Origin: a virus
Virus record (IMG/VR): IMGVR_UViG_3300021961_000021
Reading direction: 5' to 3' (one strand)
DNA length: 64,000 nucleotides
Shown: one piece after another, positions 6,805 to 17,400 of the stretch
How the letters are laid out: each line of letters begins with the position of its first letter
Position numbering within the stretch: the first letter of the stretch is position 1
Made by a program: the position numbers and the translations under genes
Notes under the pieces: model-generated
Told to the model about the DNA's origin: nothing
What the model saw: the letters and a program-made list of their open reading frames with translations, nothing else
The model's database searches: none

Positions 6805-7670
6805 TACTGTGCTCCGCCAAATTCACCGAATGGATTGCCCTCAGTGAAATCTAGAAGTAGATCACCCTCTTCCTCAAAGAAGAGATTTTGATCGTATTCT
6901 GTGTTCGTATTATTTAGTGTATTGTAAGATGTGGTTGTCCAGGCAGCACCAGAATCTTGCCCAGTGAGTGTTTCTGGAATTGTGAAAATGCCAGTTCTGT
7001 TATAAACCTGTAGTTGCTTGGAAACTGGATCCCAGGACTTCACCTCAGCGGATACGTTTGAAGTGCCACCAACAACAGTTTCGCCAGGAGTAAAATCAAG
7101 AGTTCCGCCAGAGGCAAAATTGACAGTGATTGTGTTGGAGAGATTACGCTCGATAATGTCAATCTCTGGAACGCCTGTGTCAATCTTCTCATCGGAGAAT
7201 TCAAAGAGTTCGCATTTAAGACCCCATACGTGGATCTTACCCAATTGATAGAATGGTGTTTCGTGCTCAACAAACATAATCTTGAAGAGTTTTCCTGCCA
7301 AGGGGAAATACACTAAATCACCCTCATTGGGACGACCCTCAACAATTAGTTGAGCATTGTCATCCACTGCTTCAGTAAATCTTTGTCTTGATATAATAAA
7401 CGTTACCTGATCGCTGATGCGTACACCAAATTTACTGAATAGATCACCGTCGCCACCAAAACCATTTACATTTTCGATGTATGCTTCTATGGCATATGCA
7501 CCATCAAATGATGACAAGTTATCTTCTGTAAATAACGTGTCTTCATTTACAAGTCTTCGGGGCATATAGTAGATGTCTTTACCAAACATCTTGATCTGCT
7601 CAATGACTAAATCGCCAAGCAGATCTTGTTCGTTTGTTGTTCCTTGAGTAAAATAGGGATTGGTTGCCAT
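6804..7670 (-). CDS. gp14: Neck protein
   Basis: NPYF, EQIKMFGKDIYYMPR, PNEGDLVYFP, LKCELFEFSDE motifs; synteny. Confidence 0.93.
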   Translation of the reverse strand: MATNPYFTQGTTNEQDLLGDLVIEQIKMFGKDIYYMPRRLVNEDTLFTEDNLSSFDGAYAIEAYIENVNGFGGDGDLFSKFGVRISDQVTFIISRQRFTEAVDDNAQLIVEGRPNEGDLVYFPLAGKLFKIMFVEHETPFYQLGKIHVWGLKCELFEFSDEKIDTGVPEIDIIERNLSNTITVNFASGGTLDFTPGETVVGGTSNVSAEVKSWDPVSKQLQVYNRTGIFTIPETLTGQDSGAAWTTTSYNTLNNTNTEYDQNLFFEEEGDLLLDFTEGNPFGEFGGAQ

Positions 7671-7671
7671 C

Positions 7672-8466
7672 TTATCCGATCATATCCAGGGGTGGAAATT
7701 CGTAAGTGCTTCTGAGTTGCTCATCCAAACGAGTCAGTTCTTCAACTGCATCTGAATAGATCTTTTCGCCATTCAGTGTTACGCCGCCAGGCAGTTGTAC
7801 GTTCTGGAACTTGGTGAGGTTAGTGCCCCACTGTTTCTTGATCATTGCGGTGACGTAATCCTTAACCCACATTTCATTGTAGATCTTTGTCCAATTGACT
7901 GGATCTAAAGCACGAACACAGTCAATAACAATAAACTCACCTTCACGGATATCTGTCGATGCATCGAAGTCGATATACAAACGACCTTGAGTTGCCACAA
8001 ATCTTGTGGGTTTAGAACCTTCCAGCAAGAAGTTGATTGTTTCAAGATGCGTTTGAATCATATAGTAATGATAAAACTGAGTCGATGTAAAATCGAACAG
8101 GTCATTCAGTCTGAGTTGATAACGAATGTCAAACATATTTGAAGTACCTTTATCAACGAATGAAAAGATACCGTTGACACTACGAATGTGATCTGGCAGT
8201 GTCAAATAATTGTTCTGTGTCTTAAAATCTGTGCTGCCAACAGTTTCTGTGGTATCAGACTTGAATGCAGCAATTTCTGACTGAGTGAATTGGTGCTTGA
8301 GATATACTCTCTCTGCACCACCGTAGTGAAATTCTTGGAACTTTTCGATTGTGTAATCGATTGCATCGTCAACCTGTTCGTCGGAGACGTTAATCTCCAG
8401 AACAGGTTTACCTAAACGACGCAAGCAATACTCTTTAAGTTCTGATTTGGATGTTGGAGTTGCCAT
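7672..8466 (-). CDS. gp13: Neck protein / head-tail adaptor
   Basis: LKEYCLRRLGKPVLEINV, WVKDYVTAMIKKQWGTNLTKF, LPGGVTLNG motifs; synteny. Confidence 0.95.
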   Translation of the reverse strand: MATPTSKSELKEYCLRRLGKPVLEINVSDEQVDDAIDYTIEKFQEFHYGGAERVYLKHQFTQSEIAAFKSDTTETVGSTDFKTQNNYLTLPDHIRSVNGIFSFVDKGTSNMFDIRYQLRLNDLFDFTSTQFYHYYMIQTHLETINFLLEGSKPTRFVATQGRLYIDFDASTDIREGEFIVIDCVRALDPVNWTKIYNEMWVKDYVTAMIKKQWGTNLTKFQNVQLPGGVTLNGEKIYSDAVEELTRLDEQLRSTYEFPPLDMIG

Positions 8467-8472
8467 TAGTTA

Positions 8473-11400
8473 TCAGGGACGGACGAGAGCAGCGAGAGCA
8501 GCCTTGAGTTGGGCTACGGTAGTAATTGTCGCATTGTTACCAATAGCATTCAGGGCACTGTAGAGTGCGGTCAGGTCACTGTTTGTATCATCAGCAGCGG
8601 TGCCTTGTGCAGCAGTTGCATATGCAGTGCTGTTTGTGGTAGCAGCGGTGCCAAGACCCAGAGTGGTACGAGCAGCAGATGCAGAAGTATCATCAATCAG
8701 AGTTGCACCGAATGCACTGATTGTAGGTGTGCCAGACAGGTCACTGTATGCACCAGAGGTAGCAACAGCAGCGAGAGTTGGAGCGGTGTAGGAGATAACA
8801 CCAGTCTGGTTATTGTATGAGAGGGAACCAGTTGCAGAGATGGATTCTCTGGAACGAGTCTGAGTGAAGTACAGATTTGTTGTACCCTCTGCGAGAGCAT
8901 CTGTATTGTGGTTACTGATATCACCAACTTGTGATTCATTGTATGTAACAGTACCAGTAATGTTCAAGTTACCTTGAACTTCAAAGTTTGTACTACAAGT
9001 GAAGTTGGACACTTGCAAAGTGTTTGTGCTCGGGTTGTATCTGAGGTTGTCGGAGTCTGTACGAATTTCCGTATACCCAGAAGTTGCAGAAACAAACGTC
9101 GGATAATATGTGAGGTTTGATGTGGTGGTATTCAGCACACCAACCAAATCCGAATTATCTGCTGTACCAGTGAGGTTGCCAGTGACGTTACCAGTGATCT
9201 GTCCAGTTACGCCAAGGGTTCCACCAATTGTTGCACCACCAGTGACAGCTAAAGTACCACTGGTGCTGAAGTTGCCGCTAGCAGCAAGAATTGTTGCCTT
9301 AACACCAGCAGAACCACCAACCATAAAGTTACCACCAACATTCAGTCTCTTAACAATGGATGCGCCACCGTTAACGAAGAGAGATGCTGAAGTGTTATTA
9401 TATCCAGTGGAATCGCTTGCATTCATCAAACGAGTCAGACCACTGTTACTGAAGTAAGCACCAGAGTTGCTCAGCGAAACGGTGTTAGCACCATTAAAGG
9501 TGACTGCACCAGATGCTGTCAGAGTACCAACGGTTGATGATCCAGATACGTTTAACGTACCAGCAATCACAGTATTACCAGTTGTGGATGCAACAGTAAA
9601 CTTATCAGTGTTGATAGCAAGGTTACCACCAAGAGTCAGAGACGAAGCAAATGTTGCTGAAGAACTAAGACTCAATGATGATAGTGATGATGCACCAGTT
9701 ACACCGAGAGTACCAGTAATTGCAGTGTCTCCAGTAGGACCATCTACCGTAAACTTACCAGCGCCAACGTCAAGGTCATCACCAATGTATGCTTTCTTAG
9801 TTACTGCCAGACCGCCTGCGCTGAATACCGAAACGTTGTTGCTGGTTGCACTAACTGCATCAGAAGTGTTATTGAATCTAACCTTACCAGTGTATGTCTG
9901 AGTACCTGCATAGTTGATGTCACCATCATAGATGGCATCACCATAAACTTTCAGGTTACCACCAACAACCCAGTTGCCACCAACAGAACCACCACCAGTG
10001 ACTCTCAGAGCACCATCTCCACTGTATGATCCAGTTGTAGATGCTTGCGATGCATTTGTGATTGATGTTACACCAGTTACACCCAAAGTGCTGCTAAGTG
10101 TGGTAGCATTAGTTACACCCAGAGTACCACCAACAGTAGTATTGCTAGTTACTGCGAGTGTGCTGTTCAGAGTTGTTGCTGCAGAAACACCGAGAGTACC
10201 AGTAATTGAAGTATTACCAGTAACATTAAGTGTCGATGAAAGCGTTGTTGCTGCAGCAACAGAAAGTGTGCCAGCAACAGCAGTATTACCAGTTGCAGAT
10301 GCAACTGTAAACTTATTTGTATTTACTTTGAAATCGTTGGAAACATCCAATGTCGATGACATTGTTGTTGCGCCAGTAATTGCTGCAGTGCCGCCAACAA
10401 AAAGATTAGTACCAACGTAGAGTTGTAGACCAATACCAGCACCGCCACCGACAATTAAACTGCCAGTAGATGATGAAGATGAATTGGTGGTATCGAACAA
10501 TTTGATGGAACCAGCATCAATGCCAGAACGAGTGCCACTGAATACTTCAGATGCATTTGTTGCAGCGTTGAAGAGTGCGAATCTACCAGCAGATTCATCC
10601 CAACCAAAGAAACCAAGACGTGCGGCACCGCCACTGTAGTAACGGAACTCAATACCACGATCCTTAGCATCGTTAGTTGTGGGTGCGGTATCACCACCCA
10701 AAGTCAGGATGGGATCATCAATAGTCATTACCGTCGAATTCACGGTGGTTGTAGTCCCGTGAACAGTTAGGTTACCATCAACAATTGCATTACCACCAAC
10801 GGTGAGATTCTGACCTGCAGCAAGTGTTACGTTAGCATTGAATGTTGATGTTGCATCAACAACCAGAGTATCGGAAGAAGCATTACCAATTTCTGTGTTG
10901 CCATTGACGTATAGGTTTCTATCTAGAGTTGTATCACCATATACTGTCAGTGTACCAGCAGATGCAGTACCAAAACCAGAGCGACCGATGATTGTGTTAC
11001 CAGTTGTTCCCTGAACGTGGAAGTCATACGGATCAGTTCCACTGGTCTTTCTACCAATGTAAAGATTATCGCCAATGTGCAGATCTGTTGCAACACCAGC
11101 ACCACCATACACTCTCAAGTTTGAATTATCGTCTTGAGCATATGAGGGAGTGTAAGCGATGGAACTACCAGCACGAAGTTTGTATCGTACTCTCAGGTAG
11201 TTCTGTGTGCTAAATGTCTCAGTTGCTGTACCTTGGTCTCTCTGATTGAGTGCGCCATTGATATATACATCACTATTGAAGAGAGTATTACCTTCAACAT
11301 AACCACCACCAGCATATCTAAATGCGCCATAATCTGAACTTACAATGATGAAGTAGTTGTTTGCATCAGTAGAGATTGTTGGTTCATCTACATTTTCAAA

Positions 11401-13947
11401 GTAGGTGAGACCAGCAACATTCAGAGTACCTTCAATATCGGTATTGCCATTTGTGCTGCTAACAACAAACTTATCACTTGCACCATTGGTAAGTTTGAAG
11501 ATTTTACCAGTAGTGTCAATTGTGAGGTTATTGTGGAGAACCGTATTTCCATCAACATCCAGAGTGCTATTGAGTGTAGTAGCACCATCTACATCAAGGG
11601 TAGAATCGAGAGAAGTTCCACCAACAACATTCAATGTACCTTGGGATACAGTATTACCAGTATTACTTGCTACACTAAACTTAGTCTGGAGGGAACCATT
11701 CTTAATTAACAGATTCTGTCCAGCACCATCAATAACGATGCTACCATTCGTTTGAATAACTTTATTGTTGAACTGATACAAATCACCCCAGATTGAGGTG
11801 TTGCCATTTGCACTATCAATGTAGAATACATTTGTAGTTCCATTATTGATACGGAACCACTGAGTTGCTGCAGTCAGATTAAAGCTACTTGCCAGGTCCA
11901 TACGACCAGCAAAGTTTGATGTACCGCCAACCCAGAGGTTTTGACTAATTCCAGTACCGCCAGTAACAACCAGAGTACCTGAAGTTGTAGAAGTAGAACC
12001 AGTATTGGTTGTTAATCTGAGGTTACCTGCAATCAACGGAGCATCTGTACCGCTGAAAACTTCGTTGGTATTTGCTGCGTTATAGAGGAAACGATAACCA
12101 CCAGTACCAGACCAGATATTACTATCGGCATAGTCTTCATCCCAACCAAAGAATCCAAGACGTGCCTGAGTATCATAATAACGAATCTCAACACCACGGT
12201 CCTTATTGTCATCAACGGTAGGAGCAGTGTCTCCTCCCAAAGTGATGATCGGATCATCGACGGTAATTGTTGTTGAGTTTACTGTTGTAGTTACGCCATC
12301 AACTTGGAGGTTACCACGAATTTGAACCAATCCTGTTGCAGCATCATCGTCACCAGGATCAAGCACCATTGTGGCATTGCTTGTACCAAGAACATTTTCT
12401 TGGAAGTAAAAGTCTTCTACCTGAACTTTTGCATTGACATCTGTTGAGGTGATGACGATACCATTGTCAGCAGTGATATTGAGGGTGGCAGTACCAGCAC
12501 CAGCGTTGGTACTAACAATGTCAAAAGTTCTATCTGTGGCTGAATTGACGTTATGGAAAATCTTGAGTGATCCAGCAGTGCGCTCAATAGTTTGGAGAGG
12601 ACTTGTGCCAGGACGATCCAGCACGATATTGGCACCACTGATGTGAGTATCAACGTTAATATCAACCCCACCACTGCCAGAGTTATCAACGTTATTAGCA
12701 GTAAATAGAAGGTTCCCAGAAGTATCATTGACATAAATGTAATTCAGATAATCAAAACCGTTGTGGGCATTTGCGGCTGTGAGTTCATTATCAAGTTCAA
12801 ATTCCTGAGCAGTATTTCTGTCAGTGAAGATAATTCTGTTATTTTGGAGTTGACGATTATCAACACCTGCTGCAGCAATGGTAACGTGACCATTTGAGTC
12901 AACATCAAAGTCTTCTTGTGCAAATGATGCAAGACCTTTCTGTTCGGTGAGTGCAGCACCCAGATATCTCCAACTGCCAGTGTCACTGGAATCCGTATGC
13001 GAAGGAGCACCCAGACCAGCAGAAATATCTAGCAGTGCCTGATATACACCAGTGCCAGTTTCAATGATATCGTATCTGCTGTAGGTTGCACCTGCACTAT
13101 ATGCTGCATACTTAGAACCTTCAGTTGCTGTTGCGATAGGTATCGTAAGAGCATATGTCAGACGACCATATCTGTCAACGGTAAATTTGGTTGCATTGAC
13201 AGTTTGAGAACCTGTACCCGATGAGGTCAGGGACTCTACGTTATATGAACCGACAACAACTGCCGTGTCAGCAAGGTCGATAAACGGGTTGGCATTAACA
13301 CCGTCAGCGTTTGTGAAGATGATGCGACCAGCACCACCAGTAAGGGTTCTTGTGAGGATGCTTCCCTGAGAGGATCTTGACAGAAGACCCAGTGTTGTCA
13401 GAGTGGCAAGACTTGTCAGATCACTATCTAAGGGTTGCGCATCAGTAATACCATAGTCCGACAGGGTTGATGCAAGTTGAGCGCCAATGACTCTACCTCT
13501 AGAGTCTACTTGTACGAGAGAATATGTGCCAGTAGCTTCTAGATCATTCGGATTATAATGTGGAAGTGATGGAATAACTTCCAGGTTTGTTGCGAGGTTG
13601 AGGTTTGCAGAACCATCAAAAGAACCAGATGCAGTAATAGAACCAGTTAATTGAATCTGACGTGCGTTTGCCAGACGGGTTGCAGTAGAAGCGTTACCAA
13701 TCAATGTGGCACTAATTGCACCCGCTTCAAAGTTACCGTCAGCGTCACGCTTAACTAGAGTGTTAGCAGCGTTGGTTTCGGTCTCAAGTGGTCGCTCATA
13801 CCTGAGAGAGTTCCACGGAGTAACACCGTCACCGATCTTAATACGCGACGTATCGATTTCGATTCCGAGTTCGCCTTGTGCCAGAATTGGGTTGATGTTC
13901 GCCCACTGCTGAGCACCATCACGTCTTAATTGGATTCTATTTGCCAT
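8473..13947 (-). CDS. Long tail-fibre / fibre-like virion protein (1824 aa)
   Basis: N-terminus IQLRRD..QW...NPILAQGELGIE.DT.RIKIGDG..PW resembles the Mtd_N-type fibre anchor; repeated FTV.S.TGNT.IAGTL.V units; a duplicated DDP.ITLGGD...DRG.E.RYY...GFFGWDE module; occupies the wac position before g13. Confidence 0.85.
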   Translation of the reverse strand: MANRIQLRRDGAQQWANINPILAQGELGIEIDTSRIKIGDGVTPWNSLRYERPLETETNAANTLVKRDADGNFEAGAISATLIGNASTATRLANARQIQLTGSITASGSFDGSANLNLATNLEVIPSLPHYNPNDLEATGTYSLVQVDSRGRVIGAQLASTLSDYGITDAQPLDSDLTSLATLTTLGLLSRSSQGSILTRTLTGGAGRIIFTNADGVNANPFIDLADTAVVVGSYNVESLTSSGTGSQTVNATKFTVDRYGRLTYALTIPIATATEGSKYAAYSAGATYSRYDIIETGTGVYQALLDISAGLGAPSHTDSSDTGSWRYLGAALTEQKGLASFAQEDFDVDSNGHVTIAAAGVDNRQLQNNRIIFTDRNTAQEFELDNELTAANAHNGFDYLNYIYVNDTSGNLLFTANNVDNSGSGGVDINVDTHISGANIVLDRPGTSPLQTIERTAGSLKIFHNVNSATDRTFDIVSTNAGAGTATLNITADNGIVITSTDVNAKVQVEDFYFQENVLGTSNATMVLDPGDDDAATGLVQIRGNLQVDGVTTTVNSTTITVDDPIITLGGDTAPTVDDNKDRGVEIRYYDTQARLGFFGWDEDYADSNIWSGTGGYRFLYNAANTNEVFSGTDAPLIAGNLRLTTNTGSTSTTSGTLVVTGGTGISQNLWVGGTSNFAGRMDLASSFNLTAATQWFRINNGTTNVFYIDSANGNTSIWGDLYQFNNKVIQTNGSIVIDGAGQNLLIKNGSLQTKFSVASNTGNTVSQGTLNVVGGTSLDSTLDVDGATTLNSTLDVDGNTVLHNNLTIDTTGKIFKLTNGASDKFVVSSTNGNTDIEGTLNVAGLTYFENVDEPTISTDANNYFIIVSSDYGAFRYAGGGYVEGNTLFNSDVYINGALNQRDQGTATETFSTQNYLRVRYKLRAGSSIAYTPSYAQDDNSNLRVYGGAGVATDLHIGDNLYIGRKTSGTDPYDFHVQGTTGNTIIGRSGFGTASAGTLTVYGDTTLDRNLYVNGNTEIGNASSDTLVVDATSTFNANVTLAAGQNLTVGGNAIVDGNLTVHGTTTTVNSTVMTIDDPILTLGGDTAPTTNDAKDRGIEFRYYSGGAARLGFFGWDESAGRFALFNAATNASEVFSGTRSGIDAGSIKLFDTTNSSSSSTGSLIVGGGAGIGLQLYVGTNLFVGGTAAITGATTMSSTLDVSNDFKVNTNKFTVASATGNTAVAGTLSVAAATTLSSTLNVTGNTSITGTLGVSAATTLNSTLAVTSNTTVGGTLGVTNATTLSSTLGVTGVTSITNASQASTTGSYSGDGALRVTGGGSVGGNWVVGGNLKVYGDAIYDGDINYAGTQTYTGKVRFNNTSDAVSATSNNVSVFSAGGLAVTKKAYIGDDLDVGAGKFTVDGPTGDTAITGTLGVTGASSLSSLSLSSSATFASSLTLGGNLAINTDKFTVASTTGNTVIAGTLNVSGSSTVGTLTASGAVTFNGANTVSLSNSGAYFSNSGLTRLMNASDSTGYNNTSASLFVNGGASIVKRLNVGGNFMVGGSAGVKATILAASGNFSTSGTLAVTGGATIGGTLGVTGQITGNVTGNLTGTADNSDLVGVLNTTTSNLTYYPTFVSATSGYTEIRTDSDNLRYNPSTNTLQVSNFTCSTNFEVQGNLNITGTVTYNESQVGDISNHNTDALAEGTTNLYFTQTRSRESISATGSLSYNNQTGVISYTAPTLAAVATSGAYSDLSGTPTISAFGATLIDDTSASAARTTLGLGTAATTNSTAYATAAQGTAADDTNSDLTALYSALNAIGNNATITTVAQLKAALAALVRP

Positions 13948-13989
13948 TTTTATACTTTAATCCGTGCGGACGGTTAGTAGCCTCTCTGA

Positions 13990-13997
13990 TATTTATA
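13990..13997 (-). promoter_or_regulatory. T4 late promoter (TATAAATA)
   Basis: Perfect consensus, 43 nt upstream of the fibre ATG, just after a terminator. Confidence 0.85.
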
Positions 13998-14003
13998 AGC
14001 ATT

Positions 14004-14026
14004 AAAAAGGGACCTCAGCGGTCCCT
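14004..14026 (-). terminator. Rho-independent terminator
   Basis: Minus strand AGGGACC-GCTGA-GGTCCCT followed by a T run. Confidence 0.85.
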
Positions 14027-14031
14027 GTAAG

Positions 14032-14235
14032 TTATTCAGTTACTTCATCTACAATCGTATTTGTTGCAAGATACTCTAGAGTTTCAATTGCCCCCTGTAG
14101 TTTCAGCATTTGAGTCTCATTGTCTCTTACTTTTGCTGCAAGTTGCTGATTTTCATCTCGCAGTGCAGTAAATCTTTTTTTAAAGTCATCAAGAAGTTCT
14201 TCTTCCGTCATCACTTCAGTTTCAGTTGCACTCAT
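14032..14235 (-). CDS. 67-aa acidic coiled-coil protein
   Basis: ORF track; heptad-like FTALRDENQQLAAKVRDNETQMLKLQGAIETL; ATGA overlap. Confidence 0.75.
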   Translation of the reverse strand: MSATETEVMTEEELLDDFKKRFTALRDENQQLAAKVRDNETQMLKLQGAIETLEYLATNTIVDEVTE

Positions 14236-14456
14236 TGTTGTTTCTCCAATAACAGTTTCAAAAGAGATTTGATCTCAGACATTTCAGATTTTAGCATATT
14301 AACGTCATATTGCAATGAGTCAACTGCTTCACCCTGTGCCTTACGATTCGATTTTGCCGTTCCAGTTGGAAGGTTGTTAATATTTAGTATTGCCTTAGAT
14401 GAGGGATCCCGAACCAAGTCGGGGTGTCCCTCAACAGGAGCGTATTTTTTTCTCAT
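14232..14456 (-). CDS. 74-aa protein with a C-terminal coiled coil
   Basis: VEGHPDLVRDPSSKAILN followed by a heptad tail; coupled to the upstream gene. Confidence 0.8.
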   Translation of the reverse strand: MRKKYAPVEGHPDLVRDPSSKAILNINNLPTGTAKSNRKAQGEAVDSLQYDVNMLKSEMSEIKSLLKLLLEKQQ

Positions 14457-17400
14457 TACAAGTCACTCAAAGCAATTACACGAAGGTTTTTAATTAGCGG
14501 GACATATGCCTGGTTGGAAGATGTCATAATAATCTTGATTTGTGCCGAAGTGTAATCGGTAGTTTCCAAGGTATATTCAAAATCTCTATACAGAAGATCT
14601 TCAGTTTTCTGAATGCTCTTATCTTCCAGACCATTCCCGTTAAAGTATGTATAACCAATCTCATCGAACGAAAGTGACGTGCCAACAGGATTGAGTTTGT
14701 ACATAACACGAATCTCTGTTTGTGGATGTCTCCAGGCTTCAAAACGAACCTTAAGGGTATTTGCTGCGTTGAGGAGGTTAATTACCTTTGTGATGTAAAC
14801 TGCGCTGTTGAGATCGCCAGCATTCTTTTCCGCATCATTTACGCCAATAGAGAGGTTATTGACTCTATTAGTGGTTGTGATCAATGAGCAGCGATCGGTA
14901 TCAATGACAGGAGAGACATTTTGGTTCTCTGTGGTCATCAGCAACTGAAGGTTCAGAGACTTAGAACCAGAGAGTTTTGCTGACTCATTAACTACCGATG
15001 CGACCAGTTTTGGTTCATCAAAGTAATTATCTTCGTTAGCAATCAGATCATAGTATACACCGTCATTGATAAAGGATGCTTGTTCAACGTTGTTGCCATC
15101 CTGAATTGATGTTCCACTAACAGCATTGACTCTTGTGGCAATATCTGTCTCGGGATACACAGTCATTTGAATTTGAGGATATACTTGCTCAAATTGAATG
15201 TTCTGAGTTGCAGTTGCGTTGTAACCACCACTTGTAATACCAGAAGTGGAAACAGAATCAACGGCGATCTTATAACTATCGATAGTTGGTGAACCAATTG
15301 CAGTATGCAATTTATTGATCTCTGTCAAAGGAATGCCGTCGAGATTGTAGCATTCAACAATACTGTTAGGTGAGTGTGCCAAAGCCGCAGTTCCTGCTTG
15401 ACCACGAGATCCTGCGGGAAGGGTAATAATCTTACCATCAGATGTAATTGCATTATACTCAATGATTTCAAAATGCTGCTCGGGAATCTCGGGATCTCTG
15501 ATAACAATATAACCAGAGTTTGAGGAACTAATAACTTCGCCATTAATAATTGTGTGGAATGCTGCAGCGTCATTAACGTGCAGTGAGAAGGATGTTCCAA
15601 CACCGTCTGTGGCTGTGATGCCGTTGGTGTGATACGCCGAGTCAATAATCGTTGGCGAAACTTCTGAAATAACTCCGCTGATACGCACATTGTTACCAAT
15701 GTCGTGCATACAATGGTTTGCGTGTAGAACTGTTACTTCAGTTGCATTGTTGAAGTATGAGATTGGTGCTGAAGGATAATCATTAATATCGTCTCCAGTG
15801 AGAGAAACTCCACTTGTTCCAATAGTACCAGATGCTACAGTTACGGAATTGACAACCTGTGTAATTGGATCGCCATCCGAGAATGTGCCAGTAACTGATT
15901 TAACTTCAAGTGCACCAGTACCAGATGTCCAAGAAGTTACGACTGCTGATGCACCAGTGCCATTAGTGACTGACTCTCCAACTTGGAAGGTTCCAGAAAC
16001 ACCAGTCAAAGTAATCGTTGCCAGAGATCTTGAAGATACGATTCTATAAATGTAGGTATTACCAGATTGAACGCCTTGACGGAAAGATCCGACAAGATCA
16101 TCTACAATCAGGTATGCATTTGATGATCCTGGTACACCCTGAACAATTTCACGAACGACAGCGGAAGGAGCAGGAGAAACATCAGTTTGAGTGAGTTCTG
16201 CGCCGATAGTATAGTTCGCTGTGGAATCTGAAAGTACAATCTTAACTTGTGGTTTGGTAGTGATAATCGGATTATTTCTCAACTGAGAAATACCACCATT
16301 ACCAAGTGCAAGATCAGCATTATTGAACCAAGCAGTTCCTGTTGTATTTGGAGTAAATTCTGCCTTATACAGAACGAACTTGAGGTCTTCATACTGGTCA
16401 GCAGTCCAGGTAGATGCGTTCTGTGACTTGAACAGAACACCAGCATAAGGTTGCTCCGAGATGGTTCTATCGCTAGTTACATCATCCTCACCCATTCTGG
16501 AAATCCAGAGTTTGTATTCATTGGAGTCTGACAGAACTACCAGACAGTATTCTCTGTTTTCAGTAACATAAACTGGTGATTGGAAAGTGAATCTGGTTGG
16601 AATAGTACCATTTTCGGACAAATTGATCTGAGAAGGAAGCAGTGTTGTATCGGAGAATGCGAGAACTTTGGTGGTTGGATAACCATTCGCCATCTCACGA
16701 ACCTGAACCGAAACAGGAATTCTCTCATCACGAGTTCTGAAATACAACTCACATCCAGTTAGGAATGCACCACCCTTAGATTCGACCAGGAATGACTGGG
16801 CAAGAGGATCATACCAACCAGTGTCACGAACGCTTGTGCTTGTGGTGTTGACAATACGATCTTGGAATACCGTATCTCTAACAACATCAGCATTTCTAAC
16901 GGCAAGAATTGTTTGCTGCTTAGTTTCAAGAACACCTGACGCAATATAGTTATGCTGAGCAGCAGAGTCAACTTCACCAGGAGTACGTGAATCTGAAGGT
17001 GATGTTGTAAGACGAATAACACGAGTACCTGTGGCAAATCTCAAATTGGTATTAATTGCTGGATTGGGGATCCAGATAATACCAGACATATTGCCATTAG
17101 TATCTGCGATCAAACGCTTGGGTTTTACAACAGCACGAGCACCAGAAGTTGCACCAACAAGAATTTCACCCTCAAGTGCGTTTCCATAATATGTGCCAGC
17201 AACTGTTTCTGACATAATCTTTGTATCGATATTCAGATACGGTGTCGTAGATGCATATGATGAGGGAAGATCTGATTTATCATATGGAGATAGATTGTCA
17301 TCGAAACCATCATTGACATCTACAATACGAAGTCTACAACCTGATGTTTGACCAACAACAGTCTCACCAACAACAAAGGGAGTATCATTGGTTCTAATAT

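Noticed and set aside
13800-13947. Diversity-generating retroelement suggested by the Mtd_N-like fibre N-terminus
   Set aside because: No reverse transcriptase, no avd and no template/variable repeat pair differing at adenines were seen. The domain is just a common fibre anchor.
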